Of a DNA stretch of 64,000 nt, positions 50,959 through 62,500 are shown one piece after another. The position numbers and the translations under genes were made by a program. This DNA comes from Camelus dromedarius. Its lineage: Eukaryota. Each line of letters opens with the position of its first letter. Position 1 is the first letter of the stretch. Under the pieces are notes generated by a model. It was not told the DNA's origin. It made no database searches and saw nothing but the letters and a program-made list of their open reading frames with translations. Where the stretch lies: NCBI RefSeq assembly GCF_036321535.1, contig NC_087438.1:7504001-7568000 (forward strand). The letters are read 5' to 3'.

Positions 50959-51136
50959 AAGGACCTACTGCACAGCACAGGGAACTATATTCAATTTCTT
51001 GTAATGAGCTGTAATGGAAAAGAATCTGAAAAAATATACACGTATGTATGCATTTGTATAACTGAATCGCTTTGTGGTACACCTGAAACTAACACTGTAA
51101 ATCGACTACACTTCAATAAAAAATAGCAATTAAAAA
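50959..51136 (+). mobile_element. Young lineage L1 3' end
   Basis: aaggacctactgcacagcacagggaactatattcaa...cttcaataaaaaa; TSD aaatgaggccattg / aaatgaggccgttg at a TT|AAAT site. Confidence 0.9.
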
Positions 51137-51588
51137 AAATGAGGCCGTTGGGGTGTGGCTGGTGTTCTTCTGAGAAGAGGAAGAGACACCACGTCACATC
51201 CTGTCTCACGTGGGCCCAAGGCTCCCGCTAACTGTCCTGCATTTAGTTTCTTCTTTGGGTATGACTCCTAGGAATTTCCCTCCCTTTGGGCTCAGATTAA
51301 ACAAAAAAATAAGAAGAAAACAAAAATACCATTTGCAGGTGGCTGATAAGTTATCAAGATTTCCCAGACTACGTCGCCTGACAAGCCTTAAGAAATGGAG
51401 ACAAAGTAAAATTCTGTAATACATTTAAGATAAATTTTCACTCTCCTGAAATACAAGATTAGAGAGTCGTGAATGTTTTTGGCCAAAAGAGGAGGCTGGA
51501 AGAACTGTGCCGCTATTTTTTGTTCTAATTCGCCCCCCTCCCAGGTACCCCACCCTGTCCCACGCCCGTTAGGAACTGATGAAGGCGC

Positions 51589-51974
51589 TGTTACAGGCTG
51601 AATGGCGGTCTCCCCAAATTCGTATACTGAAGCCCTAATCCCCCAGAACCTCAGAACACGATTGGATTTGGAGACAGGGCCCTGAAAGACATTACAGTGA
51701 GGCTGTTAGGGTGGGGCCCTAATCTGACAGGACTGGCGTCCTTACAAGAAGAGGAAGGGACACCAGGGAAACAACTGCACAGAGGAGAGACCACGCGGGG
51801 ACACAGAGAGAAGGTGGCCGTCTGCAAGCCTAGGACGGAGCCCTGGGGGGATCCAAGCCTGCCGGCCCCGTGGTCCTGCCCTTCCGGCCTCCGGACTGTG
51901 AGAAAGTGAGTGTCTGTTGTCTCAGCTGCTCAGTCAGTGGTGTTTTGTTCCAGCAGCCGGAGCAGACCCATACA
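51589..51974 (+). mobile_element. ERVL-MaLR solo LTR (MLT1B-like)
   Basis: tgttacaggctgaat...ccccaaattcgtatactgaagccctaatccccc...gagaaggtggccgtctgcaagcc...ataca. Confidence 0.88.
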
Positions 51975-52594
51975 GATGCCCGTTTAAAAATGAGCTCTGA
52001 ATCATTTCAGCTTGGCAGACACAAACCCTAAAACAACACCTCGCAGGTGTCTTCTATAAACTGGTGACAAGTAAAAAGTGCTGTGTGACTCTCTGCACCG
52101 AGAACAGGCAGTGAATGCCAAAGTGACGTTCAACATACTCAAGCCCCCCGGAAGCTGGCAGGGAGAGGGCCCACCCCGTGGAAGCGCACACGCCGAGGCC
52201 CGGTCACCCCGCAGCCGCACTGCACTTCAGTTAGTTTATAAACACAATTAACTTCATCAGTCACTCACAGTATGTGTGGTGACTGATGCAGCAATAAAAA
52301 GTGGCAATAATATTAATAACTCAAGGCTGAGGCAGACTCACGGCGACTTGCCCTGCTGCCAAAAACGTGACAGCACGTATTTACTGATTTTCTCACTGTC
52401 TCTAGAACTCATCGTTTGTTAAAAAATACAAAGGCAGAATTATCCCTGCTGAAATCTTGGTAGAATTATTTGTAAATGTCAGTATTTTTCTGAGAGGCAT
52501 GAGTAAGAAAAGAAATCAGGTTTTTGTTGTGGTGGTTTGTGATGCAAATGAGAGCTTCAAATTCAAAGAATAACAAGTTTCCTCTTAGCAGGAG

Positions 52595-52995
52595 GCAAGA
52601 GCAGAGGGTAAGGGCGGGGATCCTGGAGCCAGATCCCTGGGTTCAAATCCCAGCTCTGCCCCTGGGTGTGGTGTGGGGTGTGTGTGTGTGTGTATGTGGT
52701 GTGTCTGTTTGTATGTCTGTGTCTGTGTGGTGTGTGCATATGGTGTGTGTGTGTCTGTATGTGTGTCTGTGTGGTGTGTGTGTCAGTATGTATTTGTGTG
52801 TGTGTGATGTGTGTATGGTGTGTGTGTCTGTGTATATCTGTGTGTGTGGGGGTGTGTATGTGTGTCTGTGTGGTGTGTGTATGTCTGTGTGTGTGTGTGG
52901 TGTGTGTCTGGGCAGGCTGCTGGCACTGCGCCTCAGGGCCCTCTGTCTGTGATGGGTGGCCGTGCTGTCCCCGCAGGGGCTCTCTGAGGACTACC
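52595..52995 (+). mobile_element. MIR SINE split by a TG-rich repeat
   Basis: 5' part ctggagccagatccctgggttcaaatcccagctctgcc; 3' part ctgggcagg...tgcgcctcag resumes after 52908. Confidence 0.6.
52666..52908. repeat. Imperfect (TG)n-rich low-complexity repeat
   Basis: About 240 nt of TG with a recurring higher-order motif tatgtgtgtctgtgtggtgtgtg. Confidence 0.95.
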
Positions 52996-54254
52996 TGAAT
53001 CAGCCCACATGCAACCCCTCCAACAAGGTCTGGCCCCCAAGTGCGCAACTGTCAGCTACTCTTATTAAACGGGCTTTTACGATGAGCATCTAGCACTTCG
53101 AGAGCCTTCCAGCGCTCGCGTCCTCGGTGGTTTACCACCTCCTGGCCGCCGTTCCCGCGTGCATACGGCGGGGATGCAGGCCCGCGGGGCTGGCCAGGAG
53201 AAAGTGGCACACCCTGCCACGTGCCCGCCCACCGTGTGCGCCGCCGCCCTGGCCAGCTGAGCCTCACCGGGCCTGTCGTCAGTACCTCACCATCTAAGGA
53301 AGCTTCTAGAGAACCCCAGGTCCTGGATAATCCTTCAGTTTGCCTGTTCTGCGTGTTGCAACCTGCCAGGCACTGTGCTAACCCCTGGCCATGTGCCACT
53401 TTCCAGCAACTCTTTGGGGTAGATCCCCCCACGAGGAGGGGAAGCCAGTGGCCCCATCACACGACCAGTGAGCGCAGAGCTGGGTCCCACCCGGCAGCCT
53501 GCATCCTCAGTCATGCCCACAGGCCTTTCCTCACCTAAGTTTCCAGGAAACAGAGCATCAGTGCTCCTCAGACACAAGTGATGGCCTGCGGGGCAGGTTG
53601 TAAATCAGGGAAGAAAGTGCATTTGATGTTGAAGGCTCTCTGCAGAGCAGCTTCCTGGGCCAGGGCCACGGGCAGGGAGAAAGCGTCCTCCTGGGATGGG
53701 GGCTGCATCCCTAAGAATGACGGGAACCTGCTCTTCTGTGCTTAGAGTCACAGACTGTTAACTGTTAAGGTGGGAAGGCCCTTAAATTCACTCAGAAGAG
53801 ATGAGGCTCAGAGACCCGGCGTGTTGGCCTGGGATCTGGTGCTCTGGCCCAGGACTAGACGGGCCAGGCCCCGTCCTTCACCACAGCACAGCTTCACTCC
53901 CTGACGGGCTGGGACCCAGAGGACTGACCGCACTGTGACCAGACCAAGACGAGAGCCCTGACGGACAGTGACTGGGCCAAAGCCCAGGAGTGAAGGAGGG
54001 AGCCTCAGGGGTACTCCTTGAGTTTAGGGAGGCTGACTTCAAAAAGGCCAGGGAAAGTAGGATCCTTGCCTGGAGGGAATCCAGAGAAACCTGGCACTGG
54101 GGGGCAAGCAATGAGAGTGTCCACCAATCTCAATCCCAGCCTCTCCTGCAGTTGGGTGGGGGCCATTTCCCTGCGACATGGCCAAATATGGCGCAAAGAG
54201 GCCGTGAGCGTAGTGTCCATGCCCTAGTCTCGGAGCCCCTGAGGGTGCTGGGAT

Positions 54255-54730
54255 GCAGAAAAGGGGGAATTAATGTCACAGAATAAGGCTGTTAATCAGC
54301 TGACCTTAAAATAAGGAGATCAGCCCAGATCATCGAGGTGGGCCCTGTAATCACGAGGGTCCTGCCCTGTGAGAGGAGGGGAATCAGGGTCACAGTGTCT
54401 GATGTGAGGAAGACTCCACCGGCCACTGCCGCTGTGAGCATGGAGGACAGGCCTCGCCCCGAGGAAAGTGGGCAGCCTCCGAGAACCAGAAGAGGCAAGA
54501 AAATAGACTCCCCTGGGGCCTCCGAAAGGAACCAACCCTACAAACACCCCAGTTCTAGCCCAGCGAGACCCAGTGGGGACAGCAGAGTCTCCTGGCCTGG
54601 GCCTCTGCATTTTTCCTGGTAGGAGGGCCACCCAGGAGAGAAATAATAAACCTTATGACTTGTGCAGCCACTGAGATTCTGGGTTCTCTGTTACAAAACT
54701 GAGCATGACATAATATAACTGTAACTAATA
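54255..54730 (+). mobile_element. ERVL-MaLR solo LTR (MLT1D-like, possibly composite)
   Basis: aatcagctgaccttaaaataaggagat...gtgggccctgtaatcacgagggtcct...gaagaggcaagaaaatagactcccctgg. Confidence 0.8.
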
Positions 54731-55755
54731 TGGACTTCCATACAAAAAGGAACAGTCCCCGTACACACAAAGGAATTTCTGAAGTTGGGAAGGGGAAGAG
54801 GATTCACAAAGCCAAGCGCGAGAGCCCAGGACTGTCTGAAATAAACGGGACTCGCACAGAGGATGGGCGGAGGCGTCTGTCACCCACAGCACCAACGCAC
54901 AGAGGTGAAATCCAACAGGTCTTAGAGGTGCTCGGGCCACCCTGACTGGAGGCTTTGGAAAAAAGTGCAGCTACTAAAAGGGTCTCTCTTTTTCTTGGCT
55001 CGTCAGGAGCCAAGGCGGACTTGCCTCCTGTATCTTCAGGCGTTGATCAGTGACTGGGTTGAGGACACTGGGGGGCATGCTCAGCAAATCTGTGACTGCA
55101 CGGTTAATACAATAAAACCCAAATCAGTCTTCCATTTCTAGAAAGAGGGTGGCCTGTATACTGTGAGCACAGATAACTCAGGGAGAAGTACCAGCCACAA
55201 CCCTTTAAATGCATCCTGACTGATTAACAGAACAGAGCATTGAATTATTTTGAAGTTACTAAAGAAAAACAGAATGGTCTCTTTTTCCATTTTACTCTAA
55301 TAAGTATAATCATGTTTATGCTTCCATGTGACAGTTCTAGAAGGGCTGGAAAGTCTACCCTTCAAAGAAAACCATATGTAAAATTAGTAATGCTCGAAGC
55401 TGTCACAGATGGGATTTATGAGAACCTGACTGCCGTATGATTTTGCTCCCCTGGGAAACGGAGGGGAACGGGGCCAGCAAAATGTGTTTAACAAAGAGAT
55501 GCTGGTCCCATCACCGCCACAAACTCCCAAAGAAGAGTTTGCGGGCAGAACTGAGTAACAGCGCGGCCTGTCATGACCTCCCCGCTTCTGCACTGGATCA
55601 GAAGCGCTGCTATTAGAGGGAATAGAACCTCGCTAGCTTTGCTAATCTGTATCTGCAAGAATTCTCATCAAACAGGCAGTCTCACCCCATTTCTCCACAG
55701 ATACTTTGTAGCCAAGAGCAGTGGTTAGGTCTCAAATTATTAAGATTTAGTTACT

Positions 55756-55847
55756 CTTTTTTTTTTTAATGGAGGTGCTGGGGATTGAACCCAGGACCTC
55801 GTGCACACTATGTATGCACTCTATCACTGAGCGGCCCCCCCCCCCCC
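55756..55847 (-). mobile_element. Camelid tRNA-derived SINE (vic-1-like)
   Basis: ttttaatggaggtgctggggattgaacccaggacctcgtgcacactatgtatgcactctatcactgagc; degenerate TSD aagatttagttact / aaggcttggttact. Confidence 0.85.
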
Positions 55848-56279
55848 AAGGCTTGGTTACTTTTACAGGGGACCCGGACCCTGGTCGGCACCAGCCCGCA
55901 CTCATCAGTGAGGGGACTCTGTATTCTTTGCATATTACCTTTCTTCCTGGCTATTCAGAGCCCCATTGATCTCACACCTTGGGAGGAGGCACCTGCGACT
56001 AGTGGAGCCCCCTTTTGAAAAGGAGGTTCTAAGAGGCAAAGGCCTCACAGGCCAGCCCCCCTGAAATCACTGGCCTGGGGGAGTGGGCAACACCCCCAAC
56101 ACTTTGGTCAGTTTTAAAAATAGTGCTGTCCTATTTCTCCCAACTGCAGGCTAACTGCTAGTTAAACGAACTAATTAACCAAGGGCCCAGAACCAGGCCT
56201 GCGAAGGGGCGCAGAGTGAGCCACCCCCGCACATGCGTACATACTACCTGACTAAGAAAAGCAGCCCTCAGGGAAAACC

Positions 56280-56680
56280 TGAACATGCAGAAGGTACCCT
56301 TTTGTTAGGAACATTCACATTTGTCAGAAAAATCTCCGTTTGTAAGTGTCTCTCTCTGTACCAGGAAGAGAAAGATGACGAAATCACATGAGAATCTTAC
56401 ATCTGCATAAAAACCTTACCCTGCATGACTGAGCATTTCCTGGTACCCTCCCATTACCGGCTCCCCCTCTTCCCAACACCTTTCATCTTCAGCTGAAGAT
56501 GGTATTTAAGGTGGTGGCTTGCAAATTACTCATTTTTCTTGAGTTATCGCCCATGTATCCAGGAGGTGTCTATGTTATTAAACTTGTTTTTCTCTTGTTA
56601 ATCTGTCTTTTATCATGGGGGGGGGTCCCTCAGCCAAGAACCTAGAAGGGTAAATGGAAAATTACGTCTCCTTCCCTACG
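56280..56680 (+). mobile_element. ERV1-class LTR (MER34/MER39-like); 5' boundary uncertain
   Basis: cttcagctgaagatggtatttaaggtgg...attaaacttgtttttctcttgttaatctgtctttt...ctcagccaagaacctagaagggt. Confidence 0.65.
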
Positions 56681-58892
56681 CCCCGCACACTGTAACACTC
56701 AGCAAGTGTTACTTACAAGACTTCCACTGTGATGACGCTACCTGAACTGGTGAGATCCCACCCCACCGCTGGCACACGCTGAGACGGCTCAGAGGGAGGG
56801 GGAGGTTGCAGGCCCCACGCGCTATGGAGGAAGTGAGAGGTGGTAAGAGGCTCTGGACAAAGTCAGGAGCTATTAGTGAGTATTTTGTGCCAGGCACTGT
56901 GCATCACTAGGACCCGACCCAGCCCTGGGTGCAAGGAGAACAGAGGCAGACAGGTGGAGGTAAGAGCCACAGGAAATGGGATGCTGTGAGGATGCACAGG
57001 AGAGCAGCTGGGTCAGGCAGCAATAACGAGAAAACACAAAAGAACATGAAGAGAGTCAGGGAGGAGAACTTTATTGTTTGTGATTGCGGACTGAAGCACA
57101 CGTTTTTATTACCCAGCTCAGGCACTTAACGAAAGCATTCTCAAAGTGTTGAAAGCTGTTATCTTGATTTATGAGCTGGGCTCTCGGCTATCTTTAATGA
57201 TTACCCTTTATCATAGTGGTTGCCTTTTTTCATTTTTTTTTTAACAGTTACTCTGCAGACCGTCTCCTCTCTGGTCATGCCAGGGTAAACAAGACTGCCC
57301 TGAGCTTTCTGCCCCCCAAAAAGGCTTCCACACAGGGGCCCTCTGTACCCTGGGGGAAACATGCCTGAGGGGGTACTACTGGGAGACAAAATCCCACAGC
57401 CACGAAAGGTCTCCTTCTAACCTGCACCCCTGGGCCAGGATGCCAGATCTTTCCTCCAACTCTGGCCAAGTGTGACTGGCCTTGGGAAATGCATGCAGAA
57501 GGACAGCTTCTTAAGCAGCGCCTGGTGCCCCACTGGCTTAAAGGACCTGCCGTAAAGGTGCTTGAGGAGTTTACATGTGGGATTAGCTGCCCGTGGGCTC
57601 CAATCCTGATGGATGGTGACAGTAACAGCACACAGGCTGCCCATTCCTTTCCCAGAGATCATCTGGCCCAAATGTCCCATTTCACGGATTAGGAAAACCG
57701 AACCCTAGAGAAGTGATGGGCCTCAAAACTTTGAATCCAAGTTCACGGCTACACCAGCACAATACATTGGCTCCTCTCTCCTTGGGCATAAATAAGGTGT
57801 TTAATTTGTAATTCACACAGCCTATATGTTTACAATTCAAAGAAAATCAGAGTCCTTCATGAAATTTCTCCCAGGGAGTTCATATATACAGTTTACACCT
57901 CTAATCTTAAAAATCTCCCTATGGCTGTCTCTACGTGCAATTTAATTACTGCCACTCTGTTTTGGTATCATTCCAACACATACATCTAATACCACTTATG
58001 ACCGTGGGACAGGGGAACCACATGCAGACTGCTGCCGTGATTCACGCCACCAGTGTAATCAAGGGGTACCTTCTTGTGAAGCTGCCCCGGTGGTCAGGAA
58101 GCTGGACATGGACCCGCAGCGGTAGGAATTAAAGATCAGAGTTATCATTAAAGGAAATGCCTTTGAAGTTCTTTTTTAATTTTAAATGAATGCAACACAG
58201 AGGTACCCAAAGTCTACTTTCCATTACAGTGGAATGATTTTCTAAAACCCCATGCCTCTTAAATCCCCAGGCATCAGCTAGCCATTTTTCTTTCTTCCTG
58301 CCCGTCAGTTTTCTTGCTGTTGAGAGTTTGTTTCACCAGGGGAAAGTATTAGCTATTCTGGAAGGCAGCATATATAAGGAACTGCTCTGTGCACCGCGTT
58401 GAGGCAAAGAAGTAGTACCGTACAGTGGAGGGCAGCAGACGGAAACTGAGGGAATCTTTTTCTAACAAGAAGAGGGCACAAATGTTCCACAAAAATCAGC
58501 CATGTTTTGCTGAGGCTTTTGCCATTAGCAGACTGAGCTGATTGCACCTAACATGTGCCATTAATACCCTAAAACCCCCACAGACTGAAGTGACTCGGAT
58601 TCTGGAACCCAGGCACCTTTGAATTCCCTCCCAGTGTCCTTCTATATGGATGGATCCTCATTCCAAAGGCAGGGAGAAATGGCTATCCACCAGTCTGGAC
58701 AGACTCAAAAGAGCAAACAGGAACTGTGCCCAGGAAGGCGAGGACCCGGTGTGAACATAAAGGCTGCTTAGAGTCATACTTTCTAAGAAAGATAACTCTT
58801 TCCTGCATTTAACTCCCATGGCTCATAAGTTTACGACGTGCAAAAACAAAAGCCAAAGCCACCTCTGAGGAATAGCTGGATGCGAAAGAAAC

Positions 58893-58911
58893 GGGGGGGG
58901 GGGGGGGGGGG
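58893..58911 (+). repeat. G19 homopolymer
   Basis: Read directly from the sequence. Confidence 0.9.
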
Positions 58912-59199
58912 AGTCATCTTGAGTGATTAACGATAAAAATGACTTCCGCTCCTTTGGTTCTTCTGTCGGTACGAAATGCTGTCAGCCTACCATTAATCAT
59001 CACTATGACTTTAAAAACACTGATTCTTAATTGTTTCGACTACTCGTTTTTCTAAAACATCTGTCCATTCTCAGTATTCACCGGCCAAACTTTTTCGGGG
59101 AAGTTGCTCAACTGGGCTTATTCAAGTCATTCTCATTTGCATGCAACTCCCACAGGCTGCGAAGTTGCACAGACTCTGAAGACAAGGGTCTCGCCAGAC

Positions 59200-59960
59200 C
59201 CCACGAGGGGACACGTCCCAGGCCGGATGGCTGGCCTCCCCCGCCCGGCGCCCCGCTCCGCGCCCCGTGCCCGCGGGTTCGAGCCCGCCCTCGGGACCCG
59301 CGAGAGGAGAGAAAGTGGGAACGAGTCAGTACCGGCGGGCGGGTGTCCGGCTTTCGTCTCTAGCTTCCCCTCGGGAGACGAAGACATGGCGCGACCGGCT
59401 TTCCCAGGGGCTGGGACGGCGGCGGCTGCGGGCTGGCGGGCCGCGGGGGAAGTGCGCGCGAGCGCGATCGCGGGGAGTCAGGGAGGCGCGCGCGGGGCGA
59501 CGGGGCCGCGCGCAGGGGAACCGACCGCGGCCACCGGCAGGGGGCGTGGCCGCCGCGCGCCTACGTGGCGCCGCCCCGCCCACCCGCGGCTGCGCCTTGG
59601 CTTCACAGCGCCCGGCTCGCCGCACCGCCCCCGCGCTCCTCGTGTACAGAGCATGCGCAGTCGGCCGCGCCACGTTGGAAGCCATGGCCGCGGGCGGAGG
59701 AAGAGGAGAAGGAGGGAGGGGAGTGAGGGTGGGGCATTTGCGGTTAGAAGTGGCCGGACGGGTGCTGGCGAAGGCAGTCGCAGGAGGTTGGAAAAAGCCT
59801 AGCAGGAGGGTGCCACCTCCATGGGCGGTGTTCGACCAACCCGCCCGATCGGCGGGGACAGTGGTGGGGAAACAGCCTCCGCAGAGGAGCGCCCAGGGGG
59901 CTGGTGTATGTCGTCCGCGAACCACACCCAGCTCGTACTTGGGGCGACTAATTAAGTACG
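59200..59960. promoter_or_regulatory. DAP: CpG island / DAP promoter and 5' UTR
   Basis: Very GC- and CpG-rich over exon 1. GC boxes (GGGGCGTGGC 59541-59550, CCGCCCCGCC near 59571), NRF1-like GCATGCGCA 59651-59659, no obvious TATA box. The TSS cannot be fixed from sequence alone. Confidence 0.9.
59333..59387 (-). CDS. DAP: DAP coding exon 1 (MSSSPEGKLETKAGHPPA + 1 nt)
   Basis: ATG at 59387 in the context cgcgccATG inside the CpG island; donor CCG|GTACTG, phase 1. Confidence 0.97.
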
Positions 59961-60329
59961 GAAATGAGACCCCGGGACCGACCAGGGGCCCAAGAACAGC
60001 AGGGATTTGTTAAAAGATGCTACAGATGGAAGAGCCTTCCCCTCTCCCCTCAAGCGGGATGGAAGGACAGCTCAGTGACACCTGGAAACATGCAGAGTTC
60101 TTGCAAGGTTGCGTCTTTGCCCCCTCTGCCGTTTCCTTGTCACGATCGGTCTTGATTCTGTCCAAAGCTGACCCTTTGGTCTTGCCCTGGATTGCATCCC
60201 TCCCGCCTCCTCGAGCGCATTGCTAAATTAGGGTTCAGACATGCTCAATGCCTTTAGAAAAGGAAATTCCACAACCTTTCTTGGGTGTACATCTACCTTT
60301 GACAACACAACTGCTCAAAGAACTTCTCC

Positions 60330-60795
60330 CCACCTCTCATTCCTCAACCCGGCTGTCATCCAGCTCCACAGAGGCTGAATCAAACAGGAAAGTCCTTTCG
60401 TCAAGGTCATTCGTGACCTCCATGCTGCCCAGTCCAATGGCCACTCTTCCACTCTCACCCTACTTGACCTAGCTGACCATCCGCCTCCTCCTCAGGGATG
60501 CCACATCACTGCCCTGACATCCCACGTTTGGGCTGGATGCTTGGCTGCTAACTCAGTCAGGTTGGCTGGCTTCTCTTCTAGATTTCTAAACACTTGGGTA
60601 TCCCAAGGCTCAGTGCCGGTGCTCTTCTCTGTCTAGCCTGTGTCAGTGGTCACATGCAGGCCGGTGGGTATGACTATCATCTGTATGATTAAAGATGCTT
60701 AATCTGCAAACCCATTTCTCTACCACTGCCCCTCTGTTAAGCTCCAGACTCACATCCCACCACCCTCTTGACCTCCCTACCTGGGTGTATAACTC
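60330..60795 (+). mobile_element. L2 internal fragment
   Basis: tcaaggtcattcgtgacctccatgctgcccagtccaatggccac...cctacttgacct...gctccagactcacat. Confidence 0.65.
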
Positions 60796-60877
60796 AGAGC
60801 TGCCCAACTCTTTGCATCATGGCACACATAAAAATAAGCATAGTATCCACTGATCTGCGGCTTCCCCCCCCCCCCCC

Positions 60878-61345
60878 ACATTTCAGTAGCACTATTAATG
60901 GGGTATCTTTTGGCCAGGCGGCAATCATGATATAGTTGTCATTGTCCTACATTCACATCAAAACTTGCAGACAGGTGTCAGCAGTTTAGATGAAAATCTG
61001 AAATCAATAGTGGAACACTTTTAAGAGAGGCTCCATCACTACCATTCTTGATAGAACAGAGTGAGGAAATTCACAGACATTCCTGATTTGGATTCTAAGT
61101 AGAAAGAAGCTTTAAGTATACCTAACCAAATTCATTGTCTGAATATTTTTCTTTTTGTGTGTGCTCGGGAGTGCTATATGGCTAAAAACTTACGTCTGAA
61201 GTCTAAAATAACCATTTATAAGAAGTATGAAATGAAAATTCTAGGTTAGAAAAAGTTGTGTTATAGTTTAATTGGCAGTATTTTTTTCTTTAGTGGTACA
61301 GAAAGTCACATGTTAAGAGTGAGGGCATCTTAGATCCAGTGACCT
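60878..61345 (+). mobile_element. TcMar-Tc2 Kanga1/MER104-like DNA transposon relic
   Basis: gccaggcggcaatcatgatatagttgtcattgtcc and tagtttaattggcagtatttttttctttagtggtaca...ggcatcttagat match my recollection of the Kanga1 ends. Confidence 0.6.
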
Positions 61346-61669
61346 ATGCATTGCTGGGGAACCCAGAGGGTAGAAGAAAGAGCTGTCTGAGGAAGGAATC
61401 AATCTACTTAAGGGCCTTGGAGGCTGCACCGAGGCCTGAGAGAATCCATATCTTTGCCTGAGTCCTGTACTGGGGTCACACAGATCAAGACACTCTGGTT
61501 TAAGAGCCATGCCTAGTTTTACTTGCAAAGCAAAACTGATTCTCTATAGACACCTTCTCATTTAGAGCAGAATCCAAACTACTCGTTACAATGTGGAGTC
61601 CCTGCGTAATCAATGGAGAAAACACTGTTGTTTGAAGAACTTAGCTTGAAAAAACAAACCTCTTGAAAA

Positions 61670-62060
61670 AAAAATCTCTTATTTCCCAGCCTCCCTTGCA
61701 GCCAGGGGGGGTCAAGAGACAGTTCTAGCCATTGAAGTGGAAGTGGAATTGGGGTTTCTGGGGGAAATTTCTGTATTCTTGATATGAGGACCACCCTTCC
61801 TCCTGGTGACTTCATTGTTCATACCATCTTGAATTCGGACAGAAGGCGGAAGGTAGGGCAATCATACTGCATCCAGGAGGCAACCACAGGCATGAAAGTC
61901 ATACGCTAAGGATGGCAGAGCAGGAAGATGGAAGGAAGTGGGACTTAGAAGGTTCTCTGGGGGCCCTGCAGAGCAGTGGTCCCTGCCTCCCGGTTGCTTG
62001 GTTGTGTGGAATACAAACCCCTGTGGCTGGTGTCTTTACATGCAGCCAAATGTAACCCCT
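61670..62060 (+). mobile_element. ERVL LTR relic (LTR16/LTR33-like)
   Basis: tttcccagcctcccttgcagccagg...agttctagccattga...gctaaggatggcagagcaggaagatggaagga. Confidence 0.6.
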
Positions 62061-62184
62061 ACCACGTCCTGGGTGATGGGACCCAGCCTGCCCCTGGGAA
62101 TTCATCTCTCACAGCTCTTCTGGCCACACTGGCCTTTCTGATGCTTCTCAGATGGGACAAACAATTCCTTCCCTTTGGGCCTTA

Positions 62185-62500
62185 ACATTAGCTGTTCCCT
62201 TGCCTGACAGCCTCCTCCAGCTTCTTGCATGGCTAACTCCTTCTCATTCTGGAATCAGCTTTGGAAGTGTCTGTCCTAACCACCAGATCTGAGGAAGCCA
62301 GCCCTACCCTTGACTCTCATCACTTTGTCTTCATCCTCATCCGAAATTTGTCCTCTCTCTGGGCCTGACTTTTTCTCTTCTAACTAGCAGTGATCAGGTG
62401 TCACCACCACAAGGAGAGAGGTCTTTTCCATCTTGTCCACAGTGTCCCCAGCCCCCAAAACTGGAATGGGCACAGAAGAGGCATTCAGTAGATATTCTAC
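62185..62500 (+). mobile_element. L2 3' end
   Basis: gctgttcccttgcctg...tgcatggctaactccttctcattc...tgtccccagc...gggcacagaagaggcattcagtagatatt. Confidence 0.65.

Larger units (their letters stand above)
638..59387 (-). other. DAP: DAP gene span (start codon to stop codon), 4 coding exons, 102-aa death-associated protein 1
   Basis: Exons of 55+97+43+114 = 309 nt join in phase at GT-AG junctions. The translation matches the DAP1 sequence as I recall it (KAGHPPAVKAGGMRI...FISGVIARGDKDFPP...HIQQPRK). Confidence 0.98.

Noticed and set aside
59133..59332. 84-aa ORF continuing from the DAP ATG
   Set aside because: Only the first 55 nt are exon 1; DAP similarity ends exactly at the GT donor.
59104..60013. 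Several 199-248 aa ORFs over the CpG island
   Set aside because: Arg/Gly/Ala/Pro-rich products are expected from stop-poor GC-rich DNA.
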